This document shows positions 17,466 through 25,892 of a stretch of 32,000 nucleotides of DNA, piece after piece. Both the position numbers and the translations under genes were made by a program. Every line of letters starts with the position of its first letter. Positions within the stretch are counted from its first letter, which is position 1. Origin of the DNA: Gemmata obscuriglobus (GTDB lineage: Bacteria; Planctomycetota; Planctomycetia; Gemmatales; Gemmataceae); assembly GCF_008065095.1 (NCBI RefSeq), contig NZ_CP042911.1:660001-692000 (forward strand). Reading direction: 5' to 3'. The notes beneath the pieces were generated by a model, which worked only from the letters and a program-made list of their open reading frames with translations, was not told the origin of the DNA and made no database searches.

Positions 17466-18280
17466 TCCTTCGCCTCCGGCAGCGGAACTTCGGCCTTCCG
17501 CAGTGCGAGCAAATACGCGACCAGCGCGTCGCCGTCGGCGTTCGGGACCACCTGGTAGTCCTCTTCCGGGGTCGTGAGCCAGAACTCCAGGAGCCGCTTC
17601 TTCCCGTCCGCGGTGGAGATGTCGATGGACTCCGCTCGGCCGGCCGTGTACTGCGCCACCAGCTCCGGCCCGCGCTTCGCCACGATCCCGTCCCACTCGC
17701 CGTCGCTGGGCCGCCACCGGTACCCGGGGTCGACGGTCCACTCGCGGCCCAGCGCCAGGGCTCGGTCGCTGCGCGCCCCGGTGACCTTCTCGCGGGTGTA
17801 GAAGAACGGGAACGACGGCATGACGCTCCACACGTTCGCCGACCGCGGGTTCAGCAGGTGCGTGTGGTGCCACGCGTCGGACGGGTTCCGCACCCCGATG
17901 TTCGCGAGGTCCGGGCCGGTGCGCATGGTCCCGAGCATGGTCGGGTTGTCGTAGATGTAGTCGCGCGAGACGGTGCGCCGCAGCCCGTAGCTGCGCTTGA
18001 TGTCGGCCCCGGTCCGCTCGACGCCGTCGGCGTCGGTCCAGCCGCCGAACCGCGCGCTGCGCACCTGCTGCGTGTGGCAGTACATGCACCCGTTGTGCTG
18101 GTACACCTTCATGCCGGCCAGCTCGGCGCCCGACAGGGGCCGCGGGTACGGGTCCTCGCCCTCGCCCTTCTGGTACGGCTTCTCGTTCCCCAACTGCCAG
18201 TACGGGAACACGATCAGGCCGAGCCAGCTCGACGAGAACGTGAGCAGCGCGCCCAGGAAGATCACCATCCCGCGGTCCAT
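17462..18280 (-). CDS. ccoO: cbb3-type cytochrome c oxidase subunit II (CcoO/FixO), with an insertion before the C-terminus
   Basis: Internal ATG 18280. MDRGMVIFLGALLTFSSSWLGLIVFPYW forms the TM anchor. Family motifs present are GCMYCHTQQVR (heme c), DYIYDNPTMLGTMRTGPDLANIG, WHHTHLLNPR and SVMPSFPFF. The upstream 49 codons of ORF 17462..18427 (MATKTHKGHK...FCALCAFLWP) are translation of the palindromic repeat. Confidence 0.85.
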   Translation of the reverse strand: MDRGMVIFLGALLTFSSSWLGLIVFPYWQLGNEKPYQKGEGEDPYPRPLSGAELAGMKVYQHNGCMYCHTQQVRSARFGGWTDADGVERTGADIKRSYGLRRTVSRDYIYDNPTMLGTMRTGPDLANIGVRNPSDAWHHTHLLNPRSANVWSVMPSFPFFYTREKVTGARSDRALALGREWTVDPGYRWRPSDGEWDGIVAKRGPELVAQYTAGRAESIDISTADGKKRLLEFWLTTPEEDYQVVPNADGDALVAYLLALRKAEVPLPEAKE

Positions 18281-18308
18281 CGTTCCCTCATTCAACGAGA
18301 ACAGGAGC

Positions 18309-18425
18309 GGCCACAAAAATGCACAAAGGGCACAAAAGAAAACCAAATCAAAGAGTTTGAACTGGTCCCAACCTCGCTTCTTCTGCCCCGGTTCTCTTTT
18401 GTGCCCTTTGTGCGTTTTTGTGGCC
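18309..18425. repeat. Intercistronic palindromic element between ccoN and ccoO, with 36-nt arms and a 45-nt loop
   Basis: The left arm ggccacaaaaatgcacaaagggcacaaaagaaaacc (18309-18344) matches the reverse complement of 18390-18425 (ggccacaaaaacgcacaaagggcacaaaagagaacc) at 34 of 36 positions. It is A-rich, unlike the surrounding DNA. Confidence 0.85.
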
Positions 18426-18433
18426 ACTCTGTC

Positions 18434-19888
18434 TTATGCCTTCTGCCCCGCCGGCTGCGCGAACAGCGTGGGGCCGCTGGAGCGCCGCTGCCCCCAGCCG
18501 CCCACGTTCGCCGCGAACGACACCGCGAACGCCAGGTGCCCCACGGTCAGCAGCGCGCCGGCCAGCGACCGGCCCAGCAGGTGCGGCTGGGTGTACAGCA
18601 CGATGCGCGCGAACGGCACGTCCGGGTTGTTCATCATCACCCCCTGCCACCACCCGCCGACCGACAGCCCGACCACGTAAGCGGTGATCCCGATCGACGT
18701 GCACCAGAAGTGGACCCGGATGAGCCGGCTGCTGACCCACTCCCGCCCGGTGAGCCGCGGGACCATGTAGTAGAACAGCCCGAACAGGATCATCGTCACG
18801 AACGCGTACGCCCCGAAGTGGGCGTGCGCGACGATGTAGTGCGTGAAGTGAGCCGTCTCGCTGTACCACTTGAGCGACATCAGCGAGCCCTGGAAGCTCA
18901 CCAGCGTGTACGAGATCGCGCCGAACACCGTGAACCGCAGGGCCGGGCTGTACCGGAGCCGGTGGAAGTGGCCCAGCATGGTCATGTGGTGGTTGATCGC
19001 CACCGCCAGCACCGGGATGATCATCATCATGCTGCCCACGGTGCTGGCGGTGGCCAGCCACGCCGGGATCGGCCCGCCGATCAGGTGGTGCATCCCGGCC
19101 CACGCGTAGAACAGGGCCAGCGACCAGAACCCGATGATGCTCAGGTAGTAGCTGTGGACCGGGCGGCCGATGATCTTGGGGATCAGGTAGTACGCGGTGC
19201 CCACGGCGATCGGGGTGAACCAGAGCCCGAGCACGTTGTGCCCGAACCACCAGTTCACGATCGGCTGCACCACCCCGGTCACCGGCATCCAGAAGATCAC
19301 GAACTGGGCCACGAGGTACAGCCACGGGAACCAGAACACCGCCCCGAAGATGTACCACTGGGTCACGTACACGTGCGCCTCGCGGCGGCGGCGGAACACC
19401 GCCACCACCCACGCCGACACGATCCCCAGGCCGGTCACGAAGAACGGGGCCGCGGCCGGCGGCGCGTCCAGCCACTCGACCGACTGGCCGGCCCCGAGCA
19501 GCACGCCGAACACGGCGATGCACACGCCCACGTTCCAGAGCGCGCCGGCCAGGTACAGGAGCTTCGGGTACGGCAGCTCGGCGCGGGACAGCCGGCACAT
19601 CTGCCACAGGCAGGCGGCCATCGACGCGAGGGTGGCCCAGCCGAGCGCGACCGCCTGGAGGTGCGCCATCCGGGCGCGGCCGAACGTCAGCTCGGCGGTG
19701 CCGGTGAGGAAGTACGGGCTGTGCAGCTTGACCGAGGCCACCAGGGCCAGCAGCGACCCGACCAGCAGCCACAGGACCGCGGCGGACGCGAAGAACAGCA
19801 CCGGGCCGCGGCACGACGCGTCGATCGCGGCGCGCTCCGCGGCCGACTTCGCCCGGTCGTACTGGGATAGCTCAGCGGTCGCGGCCAT
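18434..19888 (-). CDS. ccoN: cbb3-type cytochrome c oxidase subunit I (CcoN/FixN)
   Basis: Internal ATG 19888; 484 aa, polytopic. Conserved heme-copper His-containing blocks are present: WWFGHNVLGLWFTPIAVGTAYYLIPK, GMHHLIGGPIP, AINHHMTM and HFTHYIVAHAHFGAYAF. The first 30 codons of ORF 18434..19978 read into the repeat. Confidence 0.9.
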   Translation of the reverse strand: MAATAELSQYDRAKSAAERAAIDASCRGPVLFFASAAVLWLLVGSLLALVASVKLHSPYFLTGTAELTFGRARMAHLQAVALGWATLASMAACLWQMCRLSRAELPYPKLLYLAGALWNVGVCIAVFGVLLGAGQSVEWLDAPPAAAPFFVTGLGIVSAWVVAVFRRRREAHVYVTQWYIFGAVFWFPWLYLVAQFVIFWMPVTGVVQPIVNWWFGHNVLGLWFTPIAVGTAYYLIPKIIGRPVHSYYLSIIGFWSLALFYAWAGMHHLIGGPIPAWLATASTVGSMMMIIPVLAVAINHHMTMLGHFHRLRYSPALRFTVFGAISYTLVSFQGSLMSLKWYSETAHFTHYIVAHAHFGAYAFVTMILFGLFYYMVPRLTGREWVSSRLIRVHFWCTSIGITAYVVGLSVGGWWQGVMMNNPDVPFARIVLYTQPHLLGRSLAGALLTVGHLAFAVSFAANVGGWGQRRSSGPTLFAQPAGQKA

Positions 19889-19939
19889 GTCGCATCGGTC
19901 TCCCAAAAATCGCGTTCTCGCCCGGATCGCCGGCGCTGG

Positions 19940-20195
19940 GCTACCGCCCTGTGCAGGGCTGGAGCCCTGTGCGCCCATTCACGCCGCTCTCGCCCTGTGC
20001 GCCCACTCGCGGCGCCTCTGGGCACAGGGCTCCCGCCCTGTGCTACGCCCGCCGGCCCCTCCGGGGCGGAAAAGAAGTTAAAAGGCAAAAGCGCTGCATC
20101 CTCTTTGCCTTTTGACTTTGCTCTTGTGCCTTGGTCTGGCACCCCGGAGGGGTCGCCGGGGGTAGCACAGGGCGGGAGCCCTGTGCGCCCCAGCG
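19940..20195. repeat. Composite repeat block between ccoS-like and ccoN: family A copy 2 plus a ~170-nt imperfect palindrome with an AT-rich hairpin core
   Basis: 19961-19994 is identical to 16510-16543. The inverted pair gggcacagggctcccgccctgtgctac (20020-20046) and gtagcacagggcgggagccctgtgcgccc (20162-20190) flanks a core. That core contains the 9-bp hairpin aaaggcaaa...tttgccttt and inverted cccctccgggg / ccccggagggg motifs. Confidence 0.8.
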
Positions 20196-20205
20196 CCCCC
20201 GTCAC

Positions 20206-20529
20206 TCACCGCCGGGCCGGCGGCCCGGTCACGGAAAACGGTTCCGGCTCGCGGTCGGCTTCGGCCGGGCGGGCGCCCGGGAACGCGTCCGTGCCCTCGC
20301 CGATCGGCTCGTCCGGCCCGAAGATCGACCGCGAGCCCTGCTGGAAGTTGTCGAACTGCCCCGCCCGGAACGCCCAGCTCAGCGCCAGCACGGCGGCCCC
20401 GCCGAACAGCAGCATGGAGCCGATCACGGTGGCGAACAGCGCGACATCGGTCGGGCTCATGCCCCGGGCCGACGCGCCCTCGGTGGCCGCGCCGCCGGCG
20501 GCGAACAGTGCGGAGTAGAACGCGCTCAC
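20206..20529 (-). CDS. ccoS: CcoS/FixS-like cbb3 oxidase maturation protein with an extended C-terminal tail
   Basis: A TM segment is followed by LSWAFRAGQFDNFQQGSRSIFGPDEP, which matches the CcoS signature W-x-x-(R/K)-x-GQ(F/Y)(D/E). The GTG start at 20529 overlaps the upstream stop (GTGA). An alternative ATG at 20460 would give 84 aa. Confidence 0.7.
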   Translation of the reverse strand: MSAFYSALFAAGGAATEGASARGMSPTDVALFATVIGSMLLFGGAAVLALSWAFRAGQFDNFQQGSRSIFGPDEPIGEGTDAFPGARPAEADREPEPFSVTGPPARR

Positions 20530-20912
20530 TGTTTCTCCTTCGCGTCCTTCTTGGGCTCGTCCTTCTTCGGCGCCGCCGGCTGCGCCGGCTCGGGCACGGG
20601 GAACGGCATCGTGTCGCCCGGCCCCTTCAGCCGCGCGAGCAGTTTGCCGCGTGCCTCGTCACGCGACATCTTCGCGCCGACCCCGTTGAGGGCGGCCTCG
20701 TTGCGGGCCTTCACCTCGTCGAGCTTGGTCGCGGCGTCGGGCTTCGGCTCGGCCTTCGTGTCGGCGGCGCGCTGGGCGTCCGCCTCCTTTTCGCGGGTGG
20801 TCACGAGCCACATGAGGAACAGGAACGTGAACAGCACGCCCAGCGCCGCCCCCACCGTCACGAACGGGAAGCGCGGCGACCGATCGGCGGCGGGTAGGGT
20901 CGTGTCGGACAT
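20526..20912 (-). CDS. Single-TM membrane protein (128 aa) with a Lys/Pro/Ala-rich tail, unknown function, downstream of actF
   Basis: Internal ATG 20912 of ORF 20526..21710. MSDTTLPAADRSPRFPFVTVGAALGVLFTFLFLMWLVTT, then a charged low-complexity tail ending KKDEPKKDAKEKQ. Its stop is coupled to the ccoS-like start. Confidence 0.6.
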   Translation of the reverse strand: MSDTTLPAADRSPRFPFVTVGAALGVLFTFLFLMWLVTTREKEADAQRAADTKAEPKPDAATKLDEVKARNEAALNGVGAKMSRDEARGKLLARLKGPGDTMPFPVPEPAQPAAPKKDEPKKDAKEKQ

Positions 20913-20947
20913 CGTATGGTCTCGTGTGTCGGGGCCGCGCCGGCTGC

Positions 20948-22225
20948 TCACGGCGTTTCGTTCTCGTACCCGATCGTCTCGCTCAGCCGGGCGTCGCGGA
21001 TGGGGATCAGCGGCACCCGCATGAAGCCCCACACCGCGGACAGCAGCAGCACGCCGAACATGCACACCGGGGCGGCCACGTCCAGCCAGTGGAAGTGGAC
21101 GGTGTCCTGGTGCAGCACCGGCATCACCTGCCAGTAGAGGTCGTAGGCGTGCATGACCAGGATCCACGCGCTGGCGACCGCGAGCCACACCGGCGAGCGC
21201 TTGTGCGCACGCGGCAGCAGCATGAAGAACGGCACCACGAAGTACAGGACCGGCAGCAGCATCGACAGCGTGTACCAGCCCCCGTTGCGCCGCAACAGGT
21301 AGAACTGCGTCTCCTCGGGCACGTTCCCGTACCAGATCAGGAAGTACTGCGAGAACGCGATGTACGTCCAGAACACGGTGAACCCGAACATGATCTTCGC
21401 GACGTCGTGCAGGTGCTCGACGGTGATCGTGTTCCGCAGGAAGCCGGCCGCGCGGAGCGCCAGCACGAGCAGCACGCCGGTCGCGAGCGAGCCGCGGATG
21501 CCGCCGGCCCAGAAGTACACACCGTAGATCGTGCTGAACCACGAGTACTGGAGGCTCATCAGCACGTCGAACGCGAAGAAGCTGCTCGTCAGCCCCAGCA
21601 GCGCCACCCCGGACGGCGCCCACCACTGCATCGTCCGCGTGAGGGCCACGCCGCCGACCGCGTCCTGCTTTGTGGACCAGTGGCGCATCGCCACCGAGTA
21701 CCCGACCCACACGGCGAAGTAGAGCGCGAGCCGCGCCAGGAAGAACGGCGTGGCGAAGTACGTGTGCTTCACGTGCCAGAGGTGCTTCAGGTGCCCCTCC
21801 GGCGGCTCCTGGCCGTGGACGAAATTATACCACGCGTGCAATTCGCCGGTAAATGTCCCAACGAGGACCGGCAGGAACAGCACCGTCAGCGGCAGGATCG
21901 CCCGGCTGATGTTCTCGAACACCCGGCGCAGCCCGACCGACCAGCCGGCGTCCGCGACGTGGTGGATCATCGTCCAGAACAGCGCGCCCAGTGCGATGTC
22001 CAGGGCGAACACGTACCCGAACAGGTACGAGTGGTAGAACTGCGGCCGGTTGGCGACCCACCCGGCCGCGAGTACGGTGCCGGACGCCAGCACGACCGCG
22101 ATGAGGACGCGCACCCCGCTCGCGAACGCGTCGCCGACCGGCGCGACGCGGTCCGGTAGCCCCGCGGGGTACGTGAGCGGGGCCGGCTCGCCGTGCGTTT
22201 CGTTGTTGATGCTCGCGCTACTCAT
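20948..22225 (-). CDS. actF: Alternative complex III subunit ActF (NrfD-like polytopic membrane subunit)
   Basis: 425 aa; ATG with GAGAAGG SD. About 10 TM segments, including FSQYFLIWYGNVPEET, typical of ActC/ActF-type NrfD-like proteins. It occupies the position after actE. Confidence 0.8.
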   Translation of the reverse strand: MSSASINNETHGEPAPLTYPAGLPDRVAPVGDAFASGVRVLIAVVLASGTVLAAGWVANRPQFYHSYLFGYVFALDIALGALFWTMIHHVADAGWSVGLRRVFENISRAILPLTVLFLPVLVGTFTGELHAWYNFVHGQEPPEGHLKHLWHVKHTYFATPFFLARLALYFAVWVGYSVAMRHWSTKQDAVGGVALTRTMQWWAPSGVALLGLTSSFFAFDVLMSLQYSWFSTIYGVYFWAGGIRGSLATGVLLVLALRAAGFLRNTITVEHLHDVAKIMFGFTVFWTYIAFSQYFLIWYGNVPEETQFYLLRRNGGWYTLSMLLPVLYFVVPFFMLLPRAHKRSPVWLAVASAWILVMHAYDLYWQVMPVLHQDTVHFHWLDVAAPVCMFGVLLLSAVWGFMRVPLIPIRDARLSETIGYENETP

Positions 22226-22255
22226 CGACCTTCTCTGTGTGCGGCGCCGCCGACC

Positions 22256-23287
22256 TCACTTCACCGCCGGGGTGCCGTAGGCGAACTGCAGCTCGCGCAC
22301 GTACGCCACGATCGCCCACCGGTCCAACACGTCCCGGACCTTGTGCCCGTAACCGGGCATCGCGCCCTTCCCGTTAGTCACGGTGCCGAACAACTGACCG
22401 TCCGGCTGGGTCTGGATCTCGGGCGCGACCACGTTCGCAGGGGGCACGCTCAGGCCGTACGCGCCGACGATTCCGTATGCGAGTTCGCCGCCGCCGCCGC
22501 GCCCGCTGGCCCCGTGGCACACCGCGCAGTGGCGGTCGAACTGCGTCTGCCCGCGCTTGAGCAGCGCCTCCCACCCGCCGGCCCGCTCGACGGCCGTCGG
22601 CGGCAGGTTGTTGACCCAGTACGTCTCGTTCAGCTTTGTGGACCGCACCGTCACCGCGGCCGACTGCTTCACCGGCCACACCCGGGCGCCGACCCAGCGG
22701 CCCCGGAGCCGCGGCTCAACGCTCTTCTCGGGCGGGATCGTTGGCGGCACGACGCGCACGCCGAACCAGTGGCCGTGCGGCTTGAATCGCAGCGCCACCG
22801 CCGTTTCCGTGGTGACCCAGGCGGGCTTCGCCGGCGCGCCGTCCGGGCCTTTGGCCGCGGCGTTGGCGACCCCGGTGTAGTAGCGCGGGTCGGCCTTCAG
22901 GAAGTCCGGGTTCGGCGCGGCGTGCCGGCCGGCGTCGGCGGCGTAGTCGGTGCCGTCGAACGGGACCGTGCCCTCCACCGGCAGGCGGCTGCTGCGCCCG
23001 TCGGCGAAGTACCGGCTCTGCCCCTGGCTCGTGTACTTCGCCTGGTACTTCATGTCCAGGAACAGGTGCCACGGCCGCGCGTCGCTGCCGCGCCCGCGGA
23101 ACCCGAGGACGCCCACGACGGCCCCGAACGTCACGAACAGGGCGGTGAACATGTAGAGGTACGACATCACCCGCCCGCGGCAGCCGAGCCACGCGGCCAG
23201 CACCGTCGCGACGAGAACCAGCGCGCCGGTGGCGAGGACCGCCGCCAGCACGCCGTTCATGAACAGGTTCGGGTCAACGCCGTACAT
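22256..23287 (-). CDS. actE: Alternative complex III monoheme cytochrome c subunit ActE, extended form with two N-terminal TM segments
   Basis: 343 aa with a single CAVCH heme motif near the C-terminus, followed by NGKGAMPGYG (Met ligand) and DRWAIVAYVRELQ. The N-terminus has two hydrophobic helices. Confidence 0.75.
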   Translation of the reverse strand: MYGVDPNLFMNGVLAAVLATGALVLVATVLAAWLGCRGRVMSYLYMFTALFVTFGAVVGVLGFRGRGSDARPWHLFLDMKYQAKYTSQGQSRYFADGRSSRLPVEGTVPFDGTDYAADAGRHAAPNPDFLKADPRYYTGVANAAAKGPDGAPAKPAWVTTETAVALRFKPHGHWFGVRVVPPTIPPEKSVEPRLRGRWVGARVWPVKQSAAVTVRSTKLNETYWVNNLPPTAVERAGGWEALLKRGQTQFDRHCAVCHGASGRGGGGELAYGIVGAYGLSVPPANVVAPEIQTQPDGQLFGTVTNGKGAMPGYGHKVRDVLDRWAIVAYVRELQFAYGTPAVK

Positions 23288-23347
23288 GCTTCATCGGCCT
23301 CGAAGAACCCAGCCCCTCTCCCCAGAGGCGGCGCGGGCGGGTTGCTG

Positions 23348-25438
23348 TTACGCCTCCACCACCGCCACGTGCTTCCCGCCGAGCGACTCCAGGAAGGCCC
23401 GCGTCTGGTCGGGGGCGAACTTCGCGTCCTTCGCCTCGACCGTCAGGAAGAACCCGCCCTGCGTGCTGCGGCCGAACGTCGGGTGGCTGTCGAGCGGGTG
23501 GAAGAACTTCGGCAGCCCGCACAGCCCGATCAGGCTGAACAGCGTGAAGAACCCGGCGAACAGGATCGTCATCTCGAAGAACACCGGCACGAACGCTTCC
23601 CACGAGCGGTACTCCTTCCCGCCCACGACGGTCGGGTAGTAGTACGCCATCAGGTAGAACTGGAGCACCACCGCCGCGGTGAGGCCGGTGAGCGCCCCGG
23701 CGAGCGTGAACACCGGCAGCCGGCTCCGCGTGCGGCCGATCGCTTCCTTCATCCCGTGGACGTAGAACGGGGTCCACGCATCCAAATGGGTGTACCCCGC
23801 GGCGAGCGCCGCCTTGGCCGCGGCGAGCAACTGCGTGCCGTTAGCGAACTCCGCGACCGCGCCCCACGGGGCGCCCGTGCCGCCCGGCGTCGGGACGAAC
23901 GCGGGCACCGGCTCGGGGTGCGGCTTCACCTCGGTGACGGGCTGCGACGGCGGGCCGAACGCCGCGGCCATCGCGTGGTCCGCGGTGGGGTACGTGCCGT
24001 CCGTTCCCTTGAGGTACGCCCCCGCGGCCGGCACGGCCCCGTGCGGGTTCGCCATCGGCAGCACGCCCTTCACCTCCGCCATCGCCACCATCGGCAGCGC
24101 CCGCAGGAACAGCAGCACCAGCGTGAAGAACAGCCCGAAGTCGCCGATCATCTGGAGCCAGTCCACCCACGTCGGGTGGAACTGCCCCCACGAGCCGGGC
24201 AGGAAGTCGTGGTGCAGCGACTGTACGATGATGACGAACCGCTCGTACCACATGCCCACGTTCACGAACGTGACCACGAGCAGCACGAACCACGGCGTCT
24301 GCCGGCACCACCGCACCCAGAACACCTGCGGGATGAACAGGTTGCAGGTCATCATCACCCAGTAGGCCCAGGTGTAGTCGCCGTCGAACGCGCGGTTCTT
24401 GAACGTCTGCCACTCGTAGGGGCTGCCCGAGAACCACGCGATGAACAGCTCCATGCAGTACGCGTACCCCACGATGGTGCCGGTCGCCATGATGAACTTG
24501 CACATCACGTCGATGTGCTTGACCGTCACCATGTTCTCCAGCTTGTACACCGCGCGGGCCGGGATCATCACCTGGAGCACCATCGCGAACCCGCCGAAGA
24601 TCGCCCCCGCGACGAAGTACGGCGGGAAGATGGTGGTGTGCCACCCCGGGATCAGCGAGGTCGCGAAGTCGAAGCTCACGACCGAGTGGACGCTTAGCAC
24701 CAGCGGGGTGCTGAGGCCGGCGAGCATCAGGTACGCGACCTCGTAGTGCCGCCAGTGCCGGGTGCTGCCGCGCCACCCCAGCGCGAGCACCCCGAACACC
24801 ATCTGCCGGGCGCGGCTCTTCGCGCGGTCGCGGAGCGTGCCGAGGTCCGGGATCAGCCCGATGTACCAGAAGATCAGCGAGATCGTGAAGTACGTCGAGA
24901 TCGCGAAGAAGTCCCACAGCAGCGGCGAGCGGAAGTTCTGCCAGATGTGGTTCGCGTTGGGCAGCGGGATCGAGAACCACACGTACCAGAACCGGCCGAC
25001 GTGGATGCCCGGGTAGATGAACGCGCACATCACGGCGAAGATCGTCATCGCCTCGCTGAACCGGTTGATCGACGTGCGCCACTTCTGCCGGAACAGGAAC
25101 AGGATCGCGCTGATGAGCGTGCCGGCGTGGCCGATGCCGATCCAGAACACGAAGTTGGTGATGTCGAACGCCCACGCGACCGGGACGTTGCTGCCCCACA
25201 CCCCGACGCCCGTCGAGATGAGGTAGGTGGCCGCGAGCACCCCGCCGCACGTGAGCGCGGACGTGAGGAGCAGCGTCGGCCACCACCAGTACGGCTGCGG
25301 CTTCTCGGTGATCTCGCTCACCTGCCGGGAGACGGAGTCGTAGTCCGCCGGCCCCCACACGAGCGGGATGCGCGGCAGCGGGTCCGGGAACGTCGGCCCG
25401 TGCGGCGTGTCGTGCGTCTCGTGTGTAGCGGTAGTCAT
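23348..25438 (-). CDS. actC: Alternative complex III ActC (NrfD-like quinol-interacting subunit) fused to ActD (DUF3341-like)
   Basis: ORF 23348..25465; the GTG at 25465 or the ATG at 25438 could be the start, and 25438 was chosen. ActC-like blocks present are [45 protein letters not shown] and [17 protein letters not shown] ~70-aa Pro/Gly linker follows. The ActD-like region is [44 protein letters not shown] plus two TM segments and a FFLTVEAKD tail. No stop lies between the two parts. Confidence 0.8.
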   Translation of the reverse strand: MTTATHETHDTPHGPTFPDPLPRIPLVWGPADYDSVSRQVSEITEKPQPYWWWPTLLLTSALTCGGVLAATYLISTGVGVWGSNVPVAWAFDITNFVFWIGIGHAGTLISAILFLFRQKWRTSINRFSEAMTIFAVMCAFIYPGIHVGRFWYVWFSIPLPNANHIWQNFRSPLLWDFFAISTYFTISLIFWYIGLIPDLGTLRDRAKSRARQMVFGVLALGWRGSTRHWRHYEVAYLMLAGLSTPLVLSVHSVVSFDFATSLIPGWHTTIFPPYFVAGAIFGGFAMVLQVMIPARAVYKLENMVTVKHIDVMCKFIMATGTIVGYAYCMELFIAWFSGSPYEWQTFKNRAFDGDYTWAYWVMMTCNLFIPQVFWVRWCRQTPWFVLLVVTFVNVGMWYERFVIIVQSLHHDFLPGSWGQFHPTWVDWLQMIGDFGLFFTLVLLFLRALPMVAMAEVKGVLPMANPHGAVPAAGAYLKGTDGTYPTADHAMAAAFGPPSQPVTEVKPHPEPVPAFVPTPGGTGAPWGAVAEFANGTQLLAAAKAALAAGYTHLDAWTPFYVHGMKEAIGRTRSRLPVFTLAGALTGLTAAVVLQFYLMAYYYPTVVGGKEYRSWEAFVPVFFEMTILFAGFFTLFSLIGLCGLPKFFHPLDSHPTFGRSTQGGFFLTVEAKDAKFAPDQTRAFLESLGGKHVAVVEA

Positions 25439-25511
25439 CTCGCGGACCAAATGGGTTCTGTTCACCCGGAACCGATTTCAGCGCTCCGACCCGTTGCCCG
25501 ACAGCGGCCGT

Positions 25512-25892
25512 TCACCGCATCGGGCCGCGAACGGCTTCAGAGATCCAGAACAACCAAATCACCGCCCCCAGCAGCGCGAGCGGGATTCCGATCAGGCGGC
25601 GAAGCGCGCGAACCCTTCGCCGCTCGTTCACCGCCGCCGGCACGGCGGTTAACCCCGCCGACACCTGGCGCGCCCGTTTCGGACGCACGAGAGCACACGC
25701 GAGGAGCCCTCCCGCCGCGCCGATCGCACCCCCGGCACCCGCGTTAACAATCCAGAACAGCGGGCCGGCCGGGTCCTTGGCGAGCGTATCGCCGAAGGTG
25801 CCCAGACAGCAGGTGGGCACCCCGGCCCAAGCGGCGCAGGCGATCACGACCGCCCGGCACTCGCACCACGCCCTGAGCTTTGCGTACGTCAC
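25512..25892 (-). CDS. Hypothetical 3-TM membrane protein (126 aa) inserted between actB and actC
   Basis: This is the 3' part of ORF 25512..26066. A GTG at 25892..25890 overlaps the actB TGA stop (GTGA). Three hydrophobic segments are separated by Arg/Lys-rich loops (RPKRARQ, NERRRVRALRR), and third codon positions are mostly G/C. No homology was recognised. Confidence 0.45.
   Translation of the reverse strand: MTYAKLRAWCECRAVVIACAAWAGVPTCCLGTFGDTLAKDPAGPLFWIVNAGAGGAIGAAGGLLACALVRPKRARQVSAGLTAVPAAVNERRRVRALRRLIGIPLALLGAVIWLFWISEAVRGPMR

Noticed and set aside
17462-19978. N-terminal extensions of ccoO (MATKTHKGHKREPGQ...) and ccoN (MGAQGSSPAQGGSPAPA...) as given in the ORF track
   Set aside because: The extensions are translations of the intergenic palindromic repeats. 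Conserved CcoO and CcoN sequence begins at the internal ATGs 18280 and 19888, each with an SD-like purine tract upstream.
14184-20195. Possibility that the repeated G/C-rich elements are a CRISPR array
   Set aside because: The repeats are long palindromes of at least three unrelated sequence families, located in separate intergenic gaps. There is no regular repeat-spacer periodicity and there are no cas genes in the window.
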